From Phoronis australis (lineage: Eukaryota > Animalia > Phoronida): 64,000 bases of DNA. A program made the position numbers and the translations under genes. Positions 39,193-51,900 of the stretch are shown piece by piece. Every line of letters begins with the position of its first letter. Position 1 is the first letter of the stretch. The notes beneath the pieces are model-generated. The model searched no databases. It was not told the origin of the DNA and worked only from the letters and a program-made list of their open reading frames with translations. Location of the stretch: the NCBI GenBank assembly GCA_002633005.1, contig NMRA01000087.1, forward strand, positions 563,393 through 627,392. The letters are read 5' to 3'.

Positions 39193-39419
39193 CAGAAGCG
39201 GATTTACGGGGGGGTTCAAACCCCCCTCGGGGCAGTATCAAAAACAAAAATAAAAATATAAAGATGTCGCCAGGAAAGCGAAATCAGCTACAAAAAAAAC
39301 GAAAAAATCATACACTGGAGGGGAGAAACCCTCTCTACCTTCTCAACGCTCGACCCTACGCGCCTCGATTCTCGCGAATCCTAACCCTCCCCCTCACTGC
39401 AAACGTAGATCTGCCACTG
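39193..39419. mobile_element. Short hAT-type MITE sharing termini with the large hAT
   Basis: CAGAAGCGGATTTACGGGGGG ... GTAGATCTGCCACTG. No clear TSD. Confidence 0.65.
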
Positions 39420-39824
39420 AGCGGTCATGTTGTTTCTTACCCGTGCTTCAGTAGAATCATATTTGTGTGATTAATGCTTTGGATTTCTCTCTAAATGTTT
39501 TGGATTTTATGAGGTTGTACCAACATGCGACATCTGTGATGCTAAGTTCAACATGAAAGAATTTTATATTTAAAATGTAAGATTTTTCTTCTCGTGAAAT
39601 TTAGTGTGATAATTTAGTTTTGTATTTCTACTCGTGTTAATAAAAAATATAAAAAACCCATTGTTGACTTTATCGTCGGAGACAGTGTGACCTAGTCGGA
39701 TAAGTGTCCGCTTCTTGTACTGAAAAGTGTGCGTTGTCCCTCTGGAGCCCAGTGTTAGACCTTGAGCCAGGTCTCTCGCTCCTCAGCTCGGTTTTAACTA
39801 TATATCTGTAAAGCATAAAAATGG

Positions 39825-40166
39825 GAATTTTTCTAAACATCCTCGGAACCACACACCCCACGACCCCCTCGACCCACGACCTAAAACGCCCCTCGACCCA
39901 GTCTACACAAGCTCTACTCGATCTGAACATAGAACAAGCGCTGACTTGCAAGACCAGTGAGTTAGGCCGTGAGCTCCGCTGCCACTTTCTGTTTTTCATC
40001 ACCGGACTTGAGACAGAGCAGACTCGTGTGTAGGTATGTTTTATGGGAAAGTCACTAAGTTATGTAATAAGATTATGAACTATGAAAAAAGCGCAAAAAT
40101 ACCCTCGTGGGTCGAGGGGATCGTGGGTAGAGGGGTGTGGCAGTCGAGGGGATTTTAGAACAATTC
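39825..40166. mobile_element. Mutator-like (MULE) MITE, 342 bp
   Basis: Perfect 9-bp TSD TAAAAATGG (39816-39824, 40167-40175). Long imperfect TIRs GAATT(T/G)TTCTAAA with CCCTCGACCCACGA subrepeats. Confidence 0.85.
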
Positions 40167-42584
40167 TAAAAATGGTTCGAGGTGATAAGTGCTCTGGGCT
40201 CACCTGAGCGGGCTGCTCATGTCTGGTACTACGTGTACCAGACCACCTGCAATTACTTTTTATCTGACAGTGTGCCGTCAGAAAAGCAAACAGGGTGTGA
40301 AAAATAACATGCTTCTTCGATTACGATGCCATATGTGTTCTCATTTTGAAAGATTTTTGAGCACATGTGCTAATCAACTAATGTATTTTCTGGCTCCTCT
40401 TCATTGTAAAGTTACTCTTTCTATGTATTTCTATTGTATTTTTTCTTGCGAAAATAAACGTGTCGATATAGTGACCAGAATCTAAAATGTGTTTAGATCA
40501 TATCTTAAAGGGTACTTAAGGTTATGCAGGACCCTATCGTCATTTAGCCAAATATCTACATAACTATAGAATTTTAACTCAGCAAAAGAATATACGTTTT
40601 CTGGATGTAGAATTTCCTTAGAATTTGTTTTTGACTTGATACTAATAAAAGTTATCATAAAATAAATGTGCACCCATAGCAAAGCATGATCAATGACATT
40701 ACCAAATTTTGTATTATATAAATGCTCATGATAAAATCTTAAAAATATTATACAGTTTTCTGAATTATCGTTTCTTTGATTAATTCAAGCTTTAATATTT
40801 GTCATAAAATCAATTTTTGATAGCCCCTCCTGCAAAAGTGGAACAAAAAAACAATACCTAACACCGTTTTGGAGAATAGTTTATAAAGCATAGTATCTCA
40901 AACCTTCGTGTCAATCCAATCCGCCATTCATAAGATACAATGCTACGAATTCGGCCAAAATTGTATATTTCTAGAGCCTGTACAACCTTACGTGTAACTC
41001 TAGCTAGCTTAGTGACTCCACGACAGGTGAGGAAACCTGCGTAATTATTGGCGTGTCCTTTTAAATGTTTAGACAGTATGAAAAAAGGCCGCTTGATGCT
41101 TGAACAATACACTGCAATGTTCTTATACTTATCGTAACTCCTTTGCCAGCACTCAAGCAACGAACAATGTCGTTTTGGCTCAGCTTTTACCTAAAACAAA
41201 GGTGTATGCGTTCAGATAAAGCCATCGTGTTCAGATGTCCGAATGTAGCCAACCATAAGTTGTTGCAATTTTGTACCTCGTATGTGGTACTTGCCATATC
41301 CTACGTACGACCATAGACTATAGTACATAATCTGTGGTACGACTTACTATCTTATTTTTATAACTATCTTTTACGCACGACTTGCTATCTCCCACGTAAA
41401 ACTTTTATTTTTCTCTGGCGGGAATACACCGTAGAAACAAGTTTGGGGTCATTGAAAAAATGCATTACTTCTATTCCAGTCATGTGGAATTTTTGGAAAA
41501 ACAGTTCCTAAAAGTGTTACACCGCCGCGTCAATTTTCAAAAACGGGCAAAGATCAGGACCAACTTTGATCTTTCCGGCTTGATGTTGAAACAAAGCAGT
41601 TTATGTAACGTTTGTCAACTTTCAAAAATTTGGAACTAGTTCGAACAAACTTTATGGAATTTGTTAAATCGTCATGTGAATTAATAGGCGGTAGAGGCTA
41701 AAACCACAAATATGAAGTATTTTACTTAAAAGTAGCAACAACAAGTAACGGGGCAGATTTCTGTGAAATCCAGCAAACAGGTTTCGTATCCTTTTAAGAA
41801 ACACTTGATTATCTTTGCGCATGACATCTTAGTTAAAGTGCACGTGCTTATCAGTTGAAACTGGTTCACGACCAACGTTTACTGAAGTTCATGCGTTCCG
41901 GAGACGCAATAATAAGATGTTTTTGATTTAAACTGCACCTGTTTCTTCTGCGCAGTCATAGTTCTGTCATGCAACTGAAGACCTACATTTTCTGTTCGAA
42001 AAAAGAAAAGTATCGTTGAAATTATGCAATATCTCTTCTTCTTCTCCGCCTCTAAACTCCTTCTTCTAATCCCGCTCTCTCGTCCACTTTAGATCAGTAG
42101 CAAAATAAACGAATATCGAATCTCAAGTGTTACATTACAACGACTTAATTAACGTTTAATTAAAACGTTTCATTCAACCGACGTCAAATGATATCGATAA
42201 GGCAGTCATAACACGACACAAATGTGTATTTGGCGAGGCAATTCATTCGTATACAATTTACCAAGAAACTTTAATGTCGACGATACAGTGAACAAGCCTA
42301 CTTGATTAAGTTTTTGTTTTCGTAAAATTGACTACAGGAGTCCCATAACACATTTCGAGTTCATTCTATACTGAGGAGTATAATCTTCGTGTTGGAACCA
42401 TTGTGAAGTACGATGTTTATGCATCAACTTCTCAGTTACCGCCGTGGGTCCTGGCTAACGTTATTTTAAAGTTAGGCTACACTCTCAAGAATTGATAAAA
42501 GGTCTTTTGGGTTGCATTACACACTGTAAATTATTTTGAAGGAAGTTTCTTGAGCATGGCAGATTAAACAACATGGCACTTTGA

Positions 42585-43154
42585 CTACACTCCTGAAGGA
42601 GTTGAATGTCTCCAACAAGGAAGCATGTTCCGTCGGACTACCCCACGTGAACAGTACACCACTGCACATCCAGTCGACGGTATACGGTCACCATCAGAGT
42701 ACCATCTGCCGTTGTATTGGCATGAGTAGCTTCGCGTTATACACATATATGGGGTAGTCGTTGAAGTTGGTGTTGGTGGTGCTGGTGTGACCGCACACGT
42801 TATTCCAGTATTCATAACTTTTCCATTAACGCACACTTTTCGTCGACATTCTTGGGCGTCCACGATGGCTCCATTAGAGTACCATTTTCGGTTGTAGAAA
42901 CATCCTAAAGAGGTCGTTCTTATAGTTGTTGGAATCATTGTACTTTCCGTACAATCTACGCCATCCATTAAGACCCATTGGCTCTGTTCGTTACAATACT
43001 TCGGACACCTAAGGTCGTCTGTTTCGAAGCCTACAGGATACAGTTTTCCGTAGTCGTAACATCCTTGGACATGTCGTGTTGATGGTGGCAAAGACTCAGT
43101 GTAGCAAAATGACGCTACAAGACACAACGAAACTAACGCGCCGTAAAATTGCAT
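42585..43154 (-). CDS. Secreted 189-aa protein with three 4-Cys half-VWC/FnI-like modules and Thr/Pro linkers
   Basis: Signal peptide MQFYGALVSLCLVASFCYTES. Modules begin CYDYGKLYPVG, CFYNRKWYSNG and CQYNGRWYSDG. Intact ORF with an upstream TATA box. Confidence 0.9.
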   Translation of the reverse strand: MQFYGALVSLCLVASFCYTESLPPSTRHVQGCYDYGKLYPVGFETDDLRCPKYCNEQSQWVLMDGVDCTESTMIPTTIRTTSLGCFYNRKWYSNGAIVDAQECRRKVCVNGKVMNTGITCAVTPAPPTPTSTTTPYMCITRSYSCQYNGRWYSDGDRIPSTGCAVVYCSRGVVRRNMLPCWRHSTPSGV

Positions 43155-43212
43155 GATTCTACTACAACTAGTAGTTCTATTGTTCTGGTCCGCCTAGTGT
43201 TTCATCACCACC

Positions 43213-43251
43213 TTTATATACAAGATCCTGTCTGATTTCACACTGACGTCA
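43213..43251 (-). promoter_or_regulatory. TATA box plus CRE/ATF site upstream of the 189-aa gene
   Basis: TATATAAA (minus strand, 43213-43220) lies 59-66 bp above the ATG, and TGACGTCA is at 43244-43251. The pseudogene keeps the TATA (~17474) but its CRE reads TGAAGTCA. Confidence 0.6.
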
Positions 43252-43414
43252 CATCAAGGTTCCTGGATGTGTGTGCGTGTGTCGAGATAAAATGAAGGAG
43301 TGTTTTTGTCATGCCATGAGCGGGCCAAAGGCATGCTTCCCAGCCAAAAGATAACAATCTGCTTTCTACTTTCATTACAGGTTGTAAAACAAATACAATA
43401 CATAGGTCTCTTTG

Positions 43415-44940
43415 TATGTGCGTGCGTGCGTGCGTGCGTGNNNNNNNNNNNNNNNNNNNNNNNGTGTGTGCGCGCGTGCGTGTGTGTGTGTGTCAAGTGT
43501 CTGTCTGTCTGTATGTCTGCGCGCCTATGTGTGCATGTGAGAGCTAGGGTCTGTGCGTGTGGTATGTATGTATGTATGTATGTATGTATGTATGTATGTA
43601 TGTATCTATGTATGTATGTATTATGTATGCATGTAATGTATCTATGTACGTATAAAATTGACGATGCTGCTGTGGACGTCTGACAAGTACTCCGAAACAG
43701 CAAAGTGCATTAGATGTTTTTAACCATCTGAAATAACCCCGGCTCTAAAAAAGTGGTGTTTCGGTGAGCTTCTACACGGGTTAATGAAATTTGGTCAGTT
43801 CTGTATTATTTTCCTCGAGAGTTCACTCACAAAAAAACTCGGATACCCGTGTTCCAACAAGGGATGTGAAACAGCTCCAAAGGGAGTGTATCAGGAACCT
43901 TTGAACTGCATCCGTTCAGACAGAACCTTCCGAACTTGTTCCTTATAACGAAAAATGTTAGCACAATTGTCATTAATAGAGTGAGATCTTGACCTTCGTT
44001 AGGCTTCATTTTTACTTTTCAAGATAAACAAAGCTGTACTGAGGTTTCAGAGACTATTACTCGTCTGCTCAAGGTGATGTCATTTCTCCCCATATTTCAA
44101 GCATCTCTCTATATTTGGCAGCCCGCAATAGGAATGTATGTATGTATGTGTGTGTATGTATGTCTGTATGTAAGTATGTATGTATGTATGTATGTACGTG
44201 TGTATGCACATATTTATGTATGTATGTACGCATGCATGTATGTAATTATTTATGTTTGTACGTAAGTAAGTATGAATGTTTTATGTATATACGTGTGTAT
44301 GCACGTATTTATGTATTATGTGTGGATGCAAGTACGTCGGTTATCTGTGCATCTTCAAAATGGCGCCATCCAAGAACATTTTCTGCAATATCATGATCGT
44401 AAAATCAAGAAATTGTTGAAAACACGTCAATTCGATTCGTAGAGCACGATGTGCTGCGACAGAAAGTACTGGAGTCCCTTTTGATTGCATTCGAGAAGCC
44501 TATTTCAAATGATCAGCAACCAGTAACGCTACACTTGTTTGCTTGACTTTCCTGTTGCCCCTTTATTTGTCATTCTTTGCAGTATTTCACACCTGCCCTG
44601 TCCTATTGAGTATGTTACTTGCTTTTGCTCTGTTGCGGTAGTACTGCGTCATTTTATTTCCACTTGAGAATAAAACAAGTATTTTTCGCAAAATCGTGTG
44701 TATTTTAATCATGTCTGTTGGTCAGTTATTTTACCGATCTTCTGTTGAATACCGAACTTTGTTCCGATGATGCGGACGGAATAAATAAAGATAGCCAACA
44801 GCGACAATTGTGTATTTAACCAATTTCGTATGTATGTATGTAGGTATGTATGTATGTATGTACGTGTGTATTTATGTATGCACATACGTATGGATGTATT
44901 TACGTAATGTGTGTAAGTATGTACGTATGCATGATATATG
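43415..44940. repeat. (TGCG)n/(TG)n/(TATG)n microsatellite blocks and a 23-N assembly gap
   Basis: N-run at 43441-43463; TATG arrays at ~43562-43650, 44134-44320 and 44828-44940. Confidence 0.9.
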
Positions 44941-45319
44941 GAGAATCCTACACTCGTCTCAGGTTTATGACACGGGCAAAACCTCTTGGAAATTTCGTCA
45001 AAATCCCGAGGCTTTATTTTAAACTTAACCATTGTAAGTTGCATTCATATTTCGTAACAATATTCAAGTTAGAATCTAATAAATGGTCTTTGAAGTTGAA
45101 GTTGTAGTATTAAAACTTAACAAATGTTTATAAATAGGTCAGCAGGGCTTCCCCCTTCCTGGTTCTCTACGTGCCTAGTCAGCACGTGCTGGCTCCTTGC
45201 CACATAGCGGCACGAAGGGAACCAGCGAGGGCTTCCCCACGTGTGAGTACATAATTGACCTAAACACATCACAGCTATACAGTCTCACTGCGTTTCTTGA
45301 GTTGGGGCTGGTCTCCGTT

Positions 45320-45658
45320 CATAGGCGGATATAGGGGTGGAGGGCACAGCCACCCCCCCCCCCTCCCCTTGGCTGCTACAAGCAAAATGAAACAGCAACA
45401 GCGTGAAGCGTGAGGAAATGGTGTGTTCAGTAACTAGGACCCGGGTAGCGGATGAGGGGGGCTCAGACCCCAGATGGCAGCGGAATCGTGTTCTCGTTTT
45501 TTTTTTTAGTCCACCTATACATTTTCTGAACAACAGAAGGTCCATAATCCCCGGCCCCGGCAAATTTCGGGCCGCCTGTGCAAATACACTTACTCGCGTT
45601 TTGCCCACTTCCCCGGGGCAACATGTCCCCCCCTTATGGTATCCTAGATGCGCCACTG
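45320..45658. mobile_element. hAT-type MITE remnant(s)
   Basis: CATAGGCGGATATAGGGG ... CCTAGATGCGCCACTG termini resemble those of the other hAT-type elements in the window. Confidence 0.5.
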
Positions 45659-46728
45659 CCGTTTGAATGAATTCGTCGCCGAAGATGGGTTCGTTTAAGA
45701 AGTTGTTTGTGTCACCTTCCGACTGGCATTTGTGACAACCGATTTGTGAATCAGAACATTGTCACCTTCGCTAAATTCCGGCAATTTGATTGCCTCGCGA
45801 TTGGTTGTTTTAGTGTTTTGCAGACGATAAAATGTAAGGCATATGGATTTCTACTTTGTGATTTGTCAATGTAATATCAAAAAATACGTACTCGGTGTTA
45901 TTAACCAGTCGTGTCGTAATACGTTCCAGGTCGCGTGAGAAATGTATGTAACTCTGTATGTTTGTATGTAGTAACGAGGCGGAAGCCGGGAATTACGCCG
46001 CCAAAGTTGCGGTTCATTGAATTTACCCCAAAATATTTTTGAGTGCAACGTAGATAAGGAAATTGCTAAATATGGTGCACGAATTCGTTAATAAACCATA
46101 CGTATGACGTCATGAAGTGCAGTTTCATAATGTTTAAGTTGATATAAAAAATCCCTTCTCGAGACTAACAGTAATATGCGTTTGAGGAAAGAAGTATTTT
46201 TTCGAATGCAAAATCAAAATCAGTGCGTCCCGATACTGAAAACTAAATTTTTCCTCCAATCGTACTAACGGTCTCAGAGCAGTGGAGATAGAACCAGATG
46301 AAACGAACACTGTTTTAATGTCGACCTTCTGATAAATTCATTCAATAGTTTTGAGGGCGGGTGTCATAAAACATTCCGTAGTATTACGACAAACCGACTA
46401 CATTAATTGTACCTCCGTATGTTTAGATTGCAACTCACAAATTTATGCCGAGACGCAAGCAAATTATTCTAGCATATTTGTAAGTTGGAATAATTTGGCG
46501 CGCGAACGTTTTGTAGCACCAACTCATGCGTAGCGAGTATCCAGTAAAACACGCTATTTTGAGGAGCAGCCTAATCTCAACTTTTATTTGAAGTAAGCAA
46601 TTTTTATAAAGTGTAACATAAGTGAAGTAATCACTTTTGATGATTTTAATAAATTTAAGTGTTTTAATTAGTGGCAATGGCTCTAAAGGGGTACTTCATA
46701 TACCTCCCCTTTGAAGAGATTAGTTCCT

Positions 46729-47126
46729 CGCGCTCTGGTTGTATGGCGTAGAGGCGCGTCCCTTGGGTGGTGGATGGGGGGAAGCCCTTTTAGATGGGGG
46801 TTCCACCGAGTAACACGGAATAAGGTGCGTGAACCAACTCAACCTAGGAGAATGGAAAACTCTGATTCCAAACCCAGGTAGATGGAGCTCGTTAGCCTTG
46901 GCAGGCAGTTTGTCTAGAAGAATGAAAACTCTGATTTAATACCAGGGTCAGAGGATGCTACTAAGCAGTGGACAGCAGATTCTCTACGAGAGGGAAACTC
47001 GGATAAAAAACCAACGCCGAAGTCGGATACATTGGGCCACTGTGGCAAGTAACGGCAGTGCAACGCACATACGTCATCACGATGGTCAATATATTTGACC
47101 ATTTGATGAACAAGAAGAAGAAGAAG
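46729..47126 (+). mobile_element. RTE-related SINE or internally deleted RTE
   Basis: Two copies of a CTAG(G/A)AGAATG(G/A)AAACTCTGATT motif that I recall from RTE 5' UTRs, a (GAA)n tail, and an imperfect flanking repeat AAGAGATTAGTTCCT / AAAAGATCATTTCCT. Confidence 0.6.
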
Positions 47127-48614
47127 AAAAGATCATTTCCTGTTGATTGGGCTCAGAAAAGAGGGGTACTAACTCACTTGGAAACCTTTAACCATGGGCG
47201 ATTTATTTTATAATGGGTTCGTCTTCTGAAAGGAAACTATCGTCGCTCCGTGTTTCAATATATCTCCACTTCAATTCGAAATACTTTGAAATTAGCGGGT
47301 GCAAAAATTATAAAAATAATGGTACGTCAGAATTGGTTAATTGTTGCTATTTATCCTGGGAACAGGAACCATGAAATAGCTATACTCGATGACACGCTAT
47401 TAACTCTTTGCAGTACCCACGATTCTTTGAAGGAAACCCTCAGCCCACTTTAAAACCCAATACGGAAAAGACAGAATATTTAGACAGGTGCCCAAAAATG
47501 TTAGCACATTAAACTTTGCTCTGAGAGAAATCAGTACATGGACTCCGACTAATCTTTCTACTCGAAATCGAACTCGCAGTTATTTTTTGACATTTTTTGC
47601 TCTAATTTACTACGAACTCACGATAGGCGCTTATTATTCTGTACTCGGGTATATTATGACAGTTGCAGATGAGAGCCCAGTAAAAGTTCGCATGAGAAAG
47701 ACTCAGTCCACATTTCGAGTAAAAACGTGAGATTTGGATTTAAGCCTTGATCTTATAACTTCAGTGCCGATCTCCAGTGAAGTGCGTGCTGGACTAGGAT
47801 CAGATAATTAGTTCACCTAAAAATAGTCATAGTCGATCACAGAATATCAGAAACTAAGTTTTTGTACTAAGTACTCATATAGTCTATATAAAACAACAGT
47901 AATTTAGTCTCTCTGAGTTCGGTAGAATGTAAAATGTGAAAGTGTGAGAGTACAAAGTCTAGAGCCAGGACTCTGATTTGGACTAGGATAAACATTTTAC
48001 TATATCAACGGAATTCAAGTAAGTCTCATTTTGTTGTCCAAAAAGTATTGTTGCTACGACACGACGATTTATCGCCCATTTCATCGCTGATGAAAAACAC
48101 GCTGGCTACGGGCTTGCAGTCGGACGTAAGTTGAGCTATGAGGCCACCCCGACTATCTGGGCTGTCACAATTAACGAAGTTTTACCATGCAGGGCGAAAA
48201 CACGACAAGGGAACAGTGTCAGCAGCTTTAATTTTTGTTTTAAATATTACGGAATATCTCTATTTATATGTGGGTTATTTTTTCATTCAGTTGTTTATAT
48301 TCATGTTTTTTTTCTAAACATTTCGCGAGAATCCGTTGTGATAAGCTTTGGCTGAAAACAGTATAATGCATTAATGGCCTAGCTACAAATACTCGAGATC
48401 ATTAATCTCGGTAGCAAATTTTCATTGTTAATAGGTATGATGGAGGACACCTTATCTCTACCAAAAATAGAATAGCAGGCACCTCCACAACCATGATTTG
48501 ACATGTTAGCTGTGACACCATTTGAAACTCTTTGATGTTGGACTGTAGACCCTAGGCGTCTTTATCTACAGATTAGTTACGCGCCGTTGCTTTTGTGTTG
48601 ACTTGAAACGAGGC

Positions 48615-48895
48615 TTCAGACTTAGCAACACAGATACCCGGATGTTGCTTAGAAAATGGAGGATAGATCGAAGTAGAAAGTTGTCAGTGTTACAAAACTG
48701 ACTTGGGAAATTTTCAGCTTAAGTACTTCAAGGTCGTTTGCTTGACAACAAGATTTATAAGCACTTTTTAAGGTCAAACTACTACAACTTAAATCAGAAA
48801 AGATTACTCCGATGTTGCAGCACTGGAAAGTATAGCAAGTGCCCGAAAGGCTCACGTCAACTCGTGCTTGGGCCTATTTGTCGTGTTTACAATAC
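48615..48895 (+). promoter_or_regulatory. Candidate RFX X-box half-sites and forkhead (FOXJ1-type) site upstream of DNAH3
   Basis: CTTAGCAAC (48621), GTTGCTTAGAAAA (48644), TTGCTTGACAAC (~48738) and TGTTTACA (48884), all within 320 bp of the putative ATG of a motile-cilia gene. Confidence 0.45.
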
Positions 48896-48929
48896 ATCTT
48901 TACTCGAGGTTTAGCTGCTGATTGACAAA

Positions 48930-51900
48930 ATGGCACTCGAAAGAGCAAAGGTAAAACTTTTTTGCTATATGTGTTCACATTTTATGTGTGATCATTACTA
49001 ATTTATGTTTTAATTTCGCTTGTTCATGCAATATCATCGCCGTAAAAATTACAAGACCGACTTCCTCCGGCTCAACCATCTGCTCATCTACTCTAGTCAG
49101 TTATCAGTTTATCGAACGTTTTTGCACTATATTTTCTAATAATCACTACTAAGTGAAATTTTTTTGTTAGATGCATATAAAATATGATTCTTCAAAATAG
49201 TTTTGATTAGTCAGTTCTTCAGAAACAGTTTTGTTGACACAAACTCAACAAATGCTTGAGCATTGAAGACCAGTTTATCAAACAACGTGATAAGTGAGGA
49301 TAACTTCTGATGGGTATGGTGCTGCAGTTTAACAGATTATATTACAACTGTTTGTGTTCACCAAAGAATGATATACCAAACCTGTGTACAATGGTGCTTG
49401 CCTGAAAGCAGTTTTGACACGTGACAGATTTACTGACATGGTCGGATGGTCCAACGTTGTGTAATCACTGAGAGCTTTCTGAGCCTGCTGAATTTGAAGC
49501 GACATTGATTGTTTCGAGCACTGGAATACATGCCATTGTTTTTCTCTCATAAAACAACCAATATTTGTGAAGTTATGCTTTGAAATGACGAAACGTATCC
49601 TGTGTATCGCAAATCATTACCACCTATTGCGCGCGTTCACGATCACCTTTTCAACGCAGTTGTAATAACATACATACGACAACACAGAAAATGGTAACAC
49701 CACTTCTGTGCATGTCATTGATTTTATTTCAAGTGATCACGGAATTTTGATAGAGCTTAATGATAAATTGGAACCATTCGATAAACTGCTCCTCTCCTAC
49801 AGACTGAGAAACATATTGCTTCACGTCGAAAATTGCACACATTTGTATCATTAATGGCTTTTATTGATCCACTAATAGATGTTTGAATGTTGTGCTTTTT
49901 GTGACTAAAATTTGTCTTACTGTTGATGGTGGTAACTGTGTGATAAAGTGCAAAATGTCGTTTTGTGATTTATAGGACACTGCTTCCATGAGAATGGTAA
50001 TAATTGAACAACGCTTGTTTAGATTTGCTTTTGAAGAACACTTTTTTTATCATTTAGAGCATGATCCTTAGTCAGACTTTCTAGATATTCCTGTTTCTGT
50101 CTGTGCACACACACACACACATTTCCGTGCTAACTCTAGCATTGTGATTTGATAACTTCATCTCACCAAGTCAATATTATTCAGCAGTAGAATCTTTCTG
50201 ACGGTTGTGGTGATTGTCAAGTCACAACATTTTCAAGTTTGTGATCGTATTTCATCACAGCCCATCTGTCTTCAAGCTAAAATCACGCTGATATATACTG
50301 CCTCAATATAACCCTAACATTTAGTTTTTCAAGCATGATATTTCTTATGCATCCATTGTTCTCCATGACCTGTTCTAGCGTGTTCTTGTAGCACCTTGGA
50401 ACGTCTGAATTGCCCGCAACCTGTTTGAAAGAAATAGCGACCAGTTTTGGGAAAAGGCATCACTGTGTCTAGCAATTCTTCATTGCTTTACAGTATACTT
50501 TTGGTTCTCTTTCAAATTTTTTAAAATAACAACTTCAAACATTAAGTTATTGAACCTACATCAGACAATAAAGCTGGCAAATGCACTGTATAGACAGTCA
50601 AACTGCAAGTACGCTGCTGAAAACATAAGCTGAGGGGCATTTCTGACACATTTCTTGCTGTTTGTGCAATTGTGGAGAACACTGGCACCTATACACGCAT
50701 AGCTATTGCGTGACATTCTTGTCTTCTTCACCTGCAATCTTGGCTCAATGCACATGGCATAAACACACTTGCCAAGAGCTCCAGGAAGCACATGCTTTGA
50801 TTGACCTTCAATAATGTTGACTCGTATGTTTTGAGAACACTGCCTGGTTTGTGTAGCACTCATTTTGTTTTGAATTTAATAATGATTGACTGTGTCTGTG
50901 TTCTGTCCTAGACTTCTTATCATTCCAACGCTACATTAAAAGAAACTTTGTCAAAGGGTTTTTTGTGGAATCTAGTGCATCGGAAGATTATTTTGCTTAC
51001 AGATTGTGATCTCCCAATGTCCCTATTTAGTACCTAACTATCTGCATAAACATAGATTAAGTTCAAAATGTCATTTAACAATTTGTATTGATTTCTGAGT
51101 TTTGCAAAATTTTGTCTTTTAAATCAAATCCCGTTCACTAAGTTAGAATCATTTTTGCAAAACACAGTATGTATGCTGTTCATTTCTTTTCCAGCGTATA
51201 ACTTTGCAACAATTCAGCAGGCTGCCTCTATGTTGTCCAGTAATAAGAGAACGCTTGTGTATTAACTTGTAATTGTTTCTACTCCACAGATGATGGAAAC
51301 CCCCCTCCAGAGCTGTAGCAAGACCAGGGGTTTACCTGGCCTGCCACCTTTGCCCAGAGGGGGCAGTAGGGAAATGTCTGACCTATATCAGGTATGTTTG
51401 AGGAAATGGATATTAACCAAGAGAATTTGTTCTGTGTGTTAGTACTTGGCCAAATCAAATTCCCTTGACATGTTTAGAAAATTGCAGGCGGTCTTACTAG
51501 TTATATTTTGACTCTTTTTACCTTCCTCTAATCACAACGAATCAAATCGTCTGCCATCTCTTTCTCTCATTTTTTTACTTAATGACGACGTCAAGTGACT
51601 AGAATGCCGACCAATGAGTGAAGTGAATGCTTTAGTTCACAAGCACACCGCTAGGTAAAAAATAAAATGGCGGAGTGACAGACGAAAAGTAAAAAGTCAA
51701 ATCTTCATGTGAATAAGTTCTTTTGAAGGGCTTGATTTCTGTGCAGTTATATTCGCTAAGATAAATGTGTTCACGCAATTGCAATTTCAACGTGTTCGGG
51801 TTAATGTTTGACATGCAATTTGAGTGTGATGTGTATGGCACTTGATTCTGCACTTACACCGTGCGGACTTCCCTGTTTAAGGGATGGTTTACTGACTTCC

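Noticed and set aside
38989-39470. 159-aa and 90-aa ORFs
   Set aside because: They span degenerate short repeats and a hAT-type MITE and lack protein-like features.
43254-45107. ORFs rich in YVCM/HTYI
   Set aside because: Translations of (TATG)n microsatellites, some crossing the N gap.
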